DNA of 62,926 nucleotides, counting the filler, from Globobulimina sp. (lineage: Eukaryota), in assembly GCA_003354225.1 (NCBI GenBank). It is 15 parts of 15 records of this genome, joined end to end, with 100 filler letters (N's around TTAATTAATTAA, not from the genome) between each part and the next. Parts side by side here need not be neighbours in the genome. Positions count along the whole stretch, not along the records: positions 54,629 to 58,727 come from PIVH01001615.1; positions 58,828 to 62,926 come from PIVH01001616.1; 13 more parts are not named here. One strand, given 5' to 3'. Below the pieces are notes generated by a model, which was not told where the DNA came from, did no database searches, and saw only the letters and a list, made by a program, of their open reading frames with translations. Below are positions 54,932-62,926 of this stretch, piece after piece; the first letter of the stretch is position 1; each line of letters begins with the position of its first letter. A program made the position numbers and the translations under genes.

Positions 54932-55606
54932 ATGTCACTTATGTCAGAACAAAGTGACAGTCCGCAAACTGCTTTGATTCCGACAAGAGAATCACCCGAA
55001 GATTTTGATATGAATGATATCAAAGTTAAATTGAGAAACTTTTTCGAAAGCAACTTATTTCACGCACTTTTGGCTATATTAATTGTAGTGGATTTAAGCA
55101 TCGTTTTATTGGAAATTGCGTTGCTTTTGCTTTTTTGCGATGATATACCACATAATATTCATGTTGCAACCAAAGATTTAGTATATATATCAATTAGTAT
55201 TTTAGGTTTATTTTTGGTTGAACTGTCTCTTCAAATCTATGCGTATGGAGCAAAAAAATGGTGTTGTCGTTGTTTACACGTTTTTGATTTTGTTATCGTA
55301 CTCACTACATTTATTTTGGAAATAGTGTTTGTAACTGTCGCAGAGGAAAAAGTAGAATCCCTCGTTGGTTTATTAATTGTATTTAGATTATGGAGAGTGG
55401 TGCGAGTCATCCATGTTACAACAGAAGCGTTGGAAAATAGGGTAGAAATTCAAATGCTTCGCTTAGAAAAAGAAATCGAAGATTTAAAGGAAACATTGAA
55501 ACAAATCCCAGCGTTGAAAGCAAGACTGAGCAGATATGAATCTGTAAATGATGAGATGGCTGGGGATGAGCCCAGTATTCAGTTAGCAAATCCAACCCAA
55601 AAATGA
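54932..55606 (+). CDS. HVCN1: Voltage-gated proton channel Hv1
   Basis: Four TM helices; S1 Asp (LIVVD), F..E in S2, FD..IV in S3, S4 RLWRVVR, C-terminal coiled coil, no pore or phosphatase domain. Confidence 0.88.
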   Translation: MSLMSEQSDSPQTALIPTRESPEDFDMNDIKVKLRNFFESNLFHALLAILIVVDLSIVLLEIALLLLFCDDIPHNIHVATKDLVYISISILGLFLVELSLQIYAYGAKKWCCRCLHVFDFVIVLTTFILEIVFVTVAEEKVESLVGLLIVFRLWRVVRVIHVTTEALENRVEIQMLRLEKEIEDLKETLKQIPALKARLSRYESVNDEMAGDEPSIQLANPTQK

Positions 55607-55802
55607 AAAACGATAATTTATGTTAATTATATAGTAGACAATAAATTCATTTATGTGCTCTGATCTAAATCCCGTACTAACAGCCAACAGTTTTGAGAGT
55701 AGAAGTCAGTCACTGTCAATGGCTACAAAAAGACTGAAAAGTAAGCCATCTCAAAAGGAAGAATATCTTGTAGTATATTTTACAAATTATTAAAAAAAAA
55801 AT

Positions 55803-56064
55803 GAGGCTGGGCAATCTGATTAGTTACCACGTAACTATTTAGTAACTATTTAGTGACTATTTCATTCCAAAAACGAAAATGCAACTAATTAGTTACTATT
55901 TAGAAACTATTTAGTAATTATTTCAAAACAAAAACGATAATGCGTAACTATTTAGTAACTATTTAGCAAGTATGCTATTCAGCAACGATTTAGCAACTAT
56001 TTAGTTACTATTTTAGAAACTATTTTAGAAACTATTTTAGAAACTATTTAGATTGCCCAGCCTC
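55803..56064. mobile_element. hAT-like MITE (262 bp)
   Basis: Perfect 15-bp TIRs GAGGCTGGGCAATCT / AGATTGCCCAGCCTC, 8-bp TSD AAAAAAAT, internal AACTATTTAG repeats. Confidence 0.85.
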
Positions 56065-56097
56065 AAAAAAATTGATTTTACTTTTAAACTAATTATG

Positions 56098-56551
56098 TCA
56101 GTCAGCAGTATAATCAACGGAGTTTCCAATTGATTGCTGTTGTTTTTTACAGGATAAAATAGATAATTCAGAGCTTGATTCATTATTATTTTGTTGTGAA
56201 TAATTATAATTATTATATTTATATTTTTTTGCGTGATACACAAAGAATATCCACGCGAAAATCATAAATAAAAGCAATGGAAAAGAAATACCAATCCAAA
56301 TGTCCATTATTTAAATCCTGAGTAATCCATTCGTTTCCTTTATGAATATTTGCAAATACAATATAAATTCCAGTAATCCACGAACCCAAACCTATGCTCA
56401 TTGTATATGCAGCCGACATGACAGATTTCATAGATTTGGGTGCTTCATTGAAAAAAAATTCGTAACCAGTCAATGATGCTAAAACCTCCGATATTCCATA
56501 CAATACAAAAGCAGGTATTTGCCAAAATAAGAATGACATCGGCAATATGTA
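56098..56551 (-). pseudogene. POT/PTR2 peptide transporter C-terminal fragment with a frameshift
   Basis: WQIP.FVL.GISEV..S.TGYEF..EAP.SMKS and WI..DLN.GHLD.YF; no room for upstream exons before the divergent gene. Confidence 0.7.
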
Positions 56552-56586
56552 ACTCTCAAAAAAAGAAAACTTTTTATTTTCGAACC

Positions 56587-57267
56587 ATGGGCTCCAAATC
56601 CAAATGGAACACCATCCGTGGAGTCGACGACGCCTGGTTCTACACAGGCCTTTACTTCTCGATTGCAACATTCCTGAATCTCCTCGTTTGCTTTCTGGCC
56701 GCGAGAGACACGTACAGACGAGTCAAAACAAAAGCCAGTCCCAATCTCCCAACTTCAAACGAGAAATGGCACCAACTCAAAATCAAAAACAAACAGAATA
56801 TGAAAGGCAGAGCTGTCGAGGATGTGACTCGAGTCATGGAAAAAGCTTGTTCCGATCCGAATTCACCCATGCAATCCTCGACAAACCTGGGCTCTGTGCA
56901 TTTGAAAGCAGGCAATAATACACGAGACGAGTAATCCTATCGCGATAATGATTATAGGAAAATGGGTTGGTTAGTGCAGGCATTGGGTGTGTGTACACTG
57001 TGGACACCGTTCGCGTACTGTCTTGGCAAAGAATGGAATAATGTGACCCTATTTTACGCGGCACGCTTTAGTGAGAATTTATTGATTATGTCCGTGTGTG
57101 TCGCGATGAAAGTCCTGCTTTGGAATGGAGAGGTAAATGAGTGTTTTTGGGCCGCGTTTGCGATGGGCACCCTCTGCAATGGCAATGGTTATATGGTGTT
57201 TGTGTACTTTAACAAAATGGACTCAATCGGTTTCATTTGCTTGTGCAGCTGTGTCATAATCCAGTGA
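56587..57267 (+). CDS. Hypothetical membrane protein, possible 27-nt intron 56931-56957
   Basis: Two same-frame ORFs separated by a GT...AG segment that contains the stops. Confidence 0.45.
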
Positions 57268-57329
57268 TCATAATCCGCCAGAAATAGTGCACATAAATAA
57301 CTAATCAAGACAATCAACAGCTAATTACA

Positions 57330-58727
57330 ATGTCGTTCGGAGCTGCTTCTAAGCAGATGATGGCGCGCTCATTACGATGTGCGAGGATTGGTCACGTCGC
57401 TCGTTCACACCTCTTCCTTCACTCACTCGGCGGCCTCAAACGCGGCACCTGGTGGTCGGAAACTCTTTCAGCTGACGTCCTCGTCTATGATTTTCAGGAT
57501 GGCTGCGAACCAGGAGAAGATGTCCACGTGCTCGAGGCTATCAAGCGTTCGCACGAGGTGTTTACCGGTGCGCTCTGTACCGTGCGACTTTCCGAGCTCA
57601 ATTGCGCCGCCAGCACTCCAAAATTAGTGCAGGAGATTCGCACGGCGGTCAAGCAGCCGCAGGTACGCTGGCTCATGCTTCCGATGTGTGACAACACGGA
57701 GGACGTGACAGCGTATATCGACATTGTGCGCTCGATCGACGAAAGCTGGCTCGCGTCGTACGGTCAGCTGCAGATCATATGCGAGACGCCCTGGTGCCTC
57801 TACAATTTGGATGAAATCCTCGAGCGTCACCCATCGATAGCGGCCGTGCTTGTGGGTAGTGGAGACTTTTCGCGCTTCACTCAGATGAATGTCAAGTCGA
57901 TGAACGCGCATCTTCGATGGGATGTGCTCAACGCATGTCTACGACACCACCGATTCGCGATCGACTCTGCTGCCCTGGCCATCTCCTCAGACTCATCTCA
58001 TTTTGATGAGTCTGCAGCAGCCGGCATGCGCTCATCAGTCGTCCTGCATCCGTCTCAGATTGAGATCTGTCACCAAGCATTCACTCCTTGCCGAGAAGCC
58101 GTCACTCAGTCATTGCCGATGCTCGATGTTTGGCTCAACGACAATCACTCTGGTTACAGACGCGGTACAGGCGACGACTTCATCGGCCCACCACACATGA
58201 AGCAGAAGCTATGGACAGCCACCTACGCGGCACGGATCGAAGCCAAGGCCACCTACAATGTGAATGTGTCACACCACATCGAGCCTCTCGAGTTATTTAT
58301 CAGCTCCACCCCCATGTTGCAGCAGCCGCACCTCTCATTCTTGGCGCTCGGCGTCTCGGCGCATCCGAACCACTCACGCATCATCGTCAACTTGAGCTCC
58401 TCTGGCTGCGAGTTTGTGTACAGAGACAACACCAATCAGCAGACAATGCCGTCAATCTCGGATGCGCGTCTGGTGACCACTCGCGTACTCCATCGCCACT
58501 TGACGAGCAACAATAAGATGGTCGTATCGTACCGCGTGGTCGTGATGGATGCACTGCATCGACCGCAATTCACATTCATCCGCAAGTTGCTCGAAGAACC
58601 GATTCCGCTCGATGACCAAGAGGGTACTTCATGTGCTCTGTTGAGCCAAGATTTGCCACCTCGGCTAACGCTCGAGAATGTATTAGCAAGGACTGGCGCG
58701 TTGGAGGATGAGCACGCCGTCACCGCC
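57330..58727 (+). CDS. CitE/HpcH-HpaI acyl-CoA lyase fused to a MaoC-like hydratase domain, 3' truncated
   Basis: RSHLF, D.LVYDFQDG, VRL, LMLP, ICETP, GSGDFS, IDS, LHPSQI; then ALGVS..IVNL....F...TRVL...V...F.R (hot-dog fold). Confidence 0.7.
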
Positions 58728-58827
58728 NNNNNNNNNNNNNNNNNNNNNNNNNNNNNNNNNNNNNNNNNNNNTTAATTAATTAANNNNNNNNNNNNNNNNN
58801 NNNNNNNNNNNNNNNNNNNNNNNNNNN

Positions 58828-60886
58828 TCCGCCGATATCTCCGCATCTAAATCAGCCACAACATTGCCAATGTTTTCACCCATTTTCTGCAATAATCCAA
58901 TAATGTCTTCTCTCCCTTTTCTCTCATTATCCATCGCTGAAAATATTAATAACGAATTACTGGACATCAACTCAAATGAAACCTGGATTAACCTCGCCAT
59001 GGCACCGCAAATTAAGTGCATATTTTCCGCATATTTGTCATACCGCTTTGCTAATATACTTTTAATATATTTACCCAATGAAAAGTCAAATATTTCAAAT
59101 AAATATTTGGCGATCACATCTTTTCCTTCTTTCTCAATTATAACAGAACACGATTTTTCTGTATATGCTGCAAATGCTTTTTCTTTCTCCTTTTCTTCAC
59201 CCAAATTACTCACAAATTCATTCAAACTTTTTGTGTCTGCAATTTTTAATTCTTCCACTTTCTTTTCTTTCTCATCGTCTTTTTCTTCCTCTTCCTTTCC
59301 ATCCGCTTTTTTATTTAATTTCTTGCCGATAATTGGCTTAATTTTGCCCATTAAATCCGACATTGCAGCATCAAATGCTGCGGTTTTATTTGCTAAAATA
59401 TCGTCTAATTGCGTATTAATTATTTTTTTTGCTTTTTCGATTTCAATCCATGACACATTCACTACTTTTTGTACAGTGCTGGCCATGAGTTTATTGATCC
59501 GATTTTGTAGCGTATTTTTTAATTTTTCGGCTTGTTTGGATATAATTTCTGCGACGTCGTCTTTGGTTTTATCATTCACATCGATCATAATGGAAAATAA
59601 TAGCATATCTTGCTCGGTGTCAAAGCGATTTAACTCACAATTTGTGGGTAAACGCACATAATTCATGCCATTGCAAGTGGAGGCTAACGAGGAGGTGAAT
59701 ACTTTGATTTTATTTCTGTTTTTTACGTCTTGCGATAAGCCTAAAAATATGCAAAATATATCATTTGTGGCAATCAATTCGTTTTCTGTACTTTGCACAA
59801 AATATTTATCTAATTCTTGCTGTCGAGAATCTAGAAATTGATCGTCGTTTTTCTTCCAAAATGCCAGTGATTTGGACGGGAATTTTAAATTTTTAACCTT
59901 TATGTTTTTGGTAATGGCCTCGTGATAATCTCTAATACGCGAATAACGGGACACTTTTATACCAAATCGAGAGGGATTTGCTTCATTGACTGATAATTTA
60001 TAATATAAAATATTAAATGCATTATATTCATTACCGCCGCCATCCATTAATTGCTTCGTATAACTCATCACTGAGCAACAAACCATTGGAAATTCCAATT
60101 TTGTACCTTAATATATACAAATTATAATCACAAAACGTATAAATTTATACATATATTAATTAAATACAATACAATACCTTCGGCTGCCTTAACCAATGCA
60201 GCTTTGTGTTCAAATGCATCATCGGCCACTTTAATATCATCAGCCACTGCATTTTCTTCCTCTTTCTCTTTCTCTTTCTCTTTCTCATCCATTTTTGGCT
60301 CTAATTGCGCTTCTTTGGTGTCTTCAACTTTTGTATTAACTTTTTGGTCCGACTCGGCAGCCGCTTCTGGTTTTGGTTTTGCTTTTGGTTTAGGTTCGAT
60401 ATCTTTGCCTTTTTCCTTTGAGTCTTCGTCTTCTTTGGCATCGATTTTTATATCCACTTTCTGGTCAGATTCTGCTCCCGCTTTTGCGATTTCTTTTGGT
60501 TTTTCATTTTCTTTGTTCTCTTCAACTTTGTTATCCACTTTTTTGTCCGGTTCTGCTTCTTTAGAATCGTCTTTTGCTGCTTCCATTTCTTTATTTTCTT
60601 CAATTTTTTGGTCAGACTCTGCTTCGGCTTCGGCCTCGGCCTCTTTTCCTTTTTTATCAGACACTGCTTCTTGTTCTTGTTCTTGTTTATTGTCTTCGTC
60701 GATTTTATTTTCAACTTTTTCATTTTTTATGGCTGAGGCATCTCCATAGCTTTTGCTCACTGTGTTGATAATATGGTCTTTTAATTTGTTCCCTACTGTG
60801 GATGCAATATATATCCCAGTGAATAATGCCATAAATTCCCCGGTACTTTTGCTGACATCTTCGCTCAGTTTCTTTGCATCGTCCAT
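58828..60886 (-). CDS. PX-domain protein with acidic repetitive N-terminus; intron ~60108-60177; 3' truncated
   Basis: YYKLSV...RYS....H.....L.FPSK......FL..RQ.EL..Y.......F..FL. Confidence 0.7.
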
Positions 60887-61011
60887 GGCAATGACGTTCT
60901 ATTTACAATTATTGAAAATGCGATGCACAGTGCTACTGAAAATGTTAGAGTAAAAACAGTCGGTTAGTGAAAAACGCAAATTAAGAAATCCGAACATCAA
61001 CAGTTTTTCCA

Positions 61012-62340
61012 ATGATGATGGCAACAACTCCAGCAACACATAGTAAAGATGACTCTCCTGATTCCAATCCATATTTAGATGCAGATTTAATCGCTAGTAT
61101 CCAAACTGAATATTCTCGCGACAAACAAGAAAATGACACGAAAGGCTTAGATGAAAACAGTGTGTCAATCAGTACTCACAACAATTCAATAAGCACTCTC
61201 AACAAATCATCGACAACAAATCTACTCAACATATTACCACAAAAGAATGATTATATAAACATTGACAATGAACCAATTACATTGGATATTGGTGGTACAA
61301 TATTTCGAACCTCGCTAAGTACACTAAAGAAATACCCCCAAACGATATTCGCTCGCATGTTCAGTGGCAAATATTCCATGAAACCAAACAAAAACGATTC
61401 ATATTTCATCGATCGCGATGGTAGCAACTTTCGTTACATTTTAAATTATTTACGGACCTCAAAACTAATAATACCCACAAACAACAAACAATTAATTGCT
61501 GAGTTATTGGAAGAATGCAGATTTTATCAAATTGCGTCATTAATAAATATTTTATCCATTAAACAAATCGATACAGTCATATTAAGAGAGAAACACATTT
61601 CTAAATTAAACGATTTCATTATAAATAAGATATTAAAAGACACGGATAACAGCGACAAAAAATTAGCATATTCGTGGAAATTGCTACATAGATTCGAGGC
61701 AGACAACCAATGCAATAATAACAGTAATAATAAGTATACAAAATTTTCGAGAAACACATTGGAATCAAGTTATGTGGTATTGAAAGATTTTGTTTTTTTA
61801 TCCAAGATATCTGGATATTCGCCGACATTGATTGTAGTTTCTGCGGATAAATATATTTTGGGCGGTTTTACCACTATCAAATGGCCGTCGCACTGCTCTC
61901 AATGGAAAAAGAAAACGATTTTAAGCAACGATTCGACCCATTCTACATGGGATTTTTTAGAGTTTTGGTCGCCCAAAGCGGAGGAATGTAAAAATGAATT
62001 TAAATATACATTTATTTATAAATTTGCAGATGGTGATGAAAAAGAAACGTTTTTTGAATATAAATGTACGGAAAGTGAAACAAATGAGTTTGGCCATCCA
62101 GAACTTCACGGAACAATCAAAACGCATCGAGAGGACTGGAATCAATCACCTTTGCCATATTTCAGAACACATAGAGCTGCGTCGGATTGTTTTGATAAAA
62201 GTAAAGCACATATTGATGATGAACAACATTTATATGTCTATCATTTGGATGGTTCTGTTGCTATTAATAATCCATGGACGAAACAGCAAAGTTATGTTAG
62301 GGCTTGGGAGTGTTTTCAACTCCAAGGATATAAATATTGA
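61012..62340 (+). CDS. KCTD-type BTB/POZ protein with TLDc-like C-terminal domain
   Basis: ITLDIGG..F.TS.STL..YP.T.F..MFSG, FIDRDG..F.YILNYLR, EECRFYQI; WKLL.R, PTLIVV, ILGGFT...W, FIY. Confidence 0.85.
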   Translation: MMMATTPATHSKDDSPDSNPYLDADLIASIQTEYSRDKQENDTKGLDENSVSISTHNNSISTLNKSSTTNLLNILPQKNDYINIDNEPITLDIGGTIFRTSLSTLKKYPQTIFARMFSGKYSMKPNKNDSYFIDRDGSNFRYILNYLRTSKLIIPTNNKQLIAELLEECRFYQIASLINILSIKQIDTVILREKHISKLNDFIINKILKDTDNSDKKLAYSWKLLHRFEADNQCNNNSNNKYTKFSRNTLESSYVVLKDFVFLSKISGYSPTLIVVSADKYILGGFTTIKWPSHCSQWKKKTILSNDSTHSTWDFLEFWSPKAEECKNEFKYTFIYKFADGDEKETFFEYKCTESETNEFGHPELHGTIKTHREDWNQSPLPYFRTHRAASDCFDKSKAHIDDEQHLYVYHLDGSVAINNPWTKQQSYVRAWECFQLQGYKY

Positions 62341-62409
62341 AAATGTGATGATGTTGATTTTATTTGTTAAATAAAAACAGTTTCACTTTGACAGCATCCT
62401 TGCAGCCAC

Positions 62410-62694
62410 ATGAACCCGGTCAGGCTGCAAAACAAGTCCATGATATGGATAATCGCACTATGCTTACTAATAATATTATTTCTGCTCTCAATTATCACAC
62501 TTTCAGCGACATCTGGATTACATACTTCCTGCACTGTTTATCAAATCATATTAATTATAGAACCGATCTGGATATTTATATATTATCGTTTATATTCACG
62601 TTTACTAATAAAAATAATGGACACTTTAACATGTAAATGTGCTGAACATGGCATCGGTTATGCCATGTTTCATTACGCTATATGGTGTATGTAA
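62410..62694 (+). CDS. Possible small membrane protein or first exon
   Basis: ATG ORF with two hydrophobic segments. Confidence 0.3.
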   Translation: MNPVRLQNKSMIWIIALCLLIILFLLSIITLSATSGLHTSCTVYQIILIIEPIWIFIYYRLYSRLLIKIMDTLTCKCAEHGIGYAMFHYAIWCM

Positions 62695-62926
62695 TTGCAT
62701 TAAAATTTAATTTGAATTAAAAACATATACACAATAAAAAAACAACCCAAATTTCCACAGCAACAATAGGCCATCCATACGTCTGTTTTTGTGCTTTTTT
62801 ATATTTAAACATAGAACAAATGATTGACATATTTTCTTATGGCACGTGCACGACTGACACCTCCTTATCAGGAACACAAATTAATTTATGGAATATTTGT
62901 TTTGTGATAGCCACATTTATATTGTT

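Noticed and set aside
4106-58827. Fourteen regularly spaced N44-TTAATTAATTAA-N44 blocks
   Set aside because: Artificial 100-nt contig linkers with stops in all frames; adjacency across them has no biological meaning

Overview
This window is not a contiguous locus. It is 15 unrelated contigs of about 4.1 kb (4105 down to 4099 bp, length-sorted) joined by artificial 100-nt N spacers carrying TTAATTAATTAA: 1-4105, 4206-8310, 8411-12515, 12616-16719, 16820-20922, 21023-25125, 25226-29326, 29427-33527, 33628-37728, 37829-41928, 42029-46128, 46229-50328, 50429-54528, 54629-58727, 58828-62926. Fourteen contigs come from an AT-rich, gene-dense microbial eukaryote with short GT-AG introns; the gene style suggests a rhizarian or foraminiferan (inference only). 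They encode bystin, NSUN5, RPC4, ALDH7, a phosphodiesterase, an AGC kinase, a formin, a PPR protein, an Hv1 proton channel, an exostosin and others. One contig (21023-25125) is bacterial and looks like a defence island (DUF499 ATPase, DUF6946-like nuclease, PHP protein). The most notable signals are: (1) a head-to-tail Penelope-like retroelement (RT thumb + GIY-YIG, an extra unknown ORF and a minimal hammerhead ribozyme), with a second hammerhead copy on another contig; (2) an unassigned ~360-nt highly structured intergenic RNA candidate at 13125-13485; (3) a ~220-nt structured non-coding segment, possibly an IS110-type end with bridge RNA, that interrupts the DUF499 gene; (4) an intron-containing KDZ/Zisupton-like transposase next to an array of GCCGC-N10-GCGGC hairpins; (5) a Tc1-like transposase with unusual DD45E spacing; (6) an hAT-type MITE; and (7) a GC-rich CitE-MaoC fusion. 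Chimeric junctions and deletions suggest genome-amplification artefacts and/or many pseudogenes. All family calls come from motif recognition by eye, not database searches.
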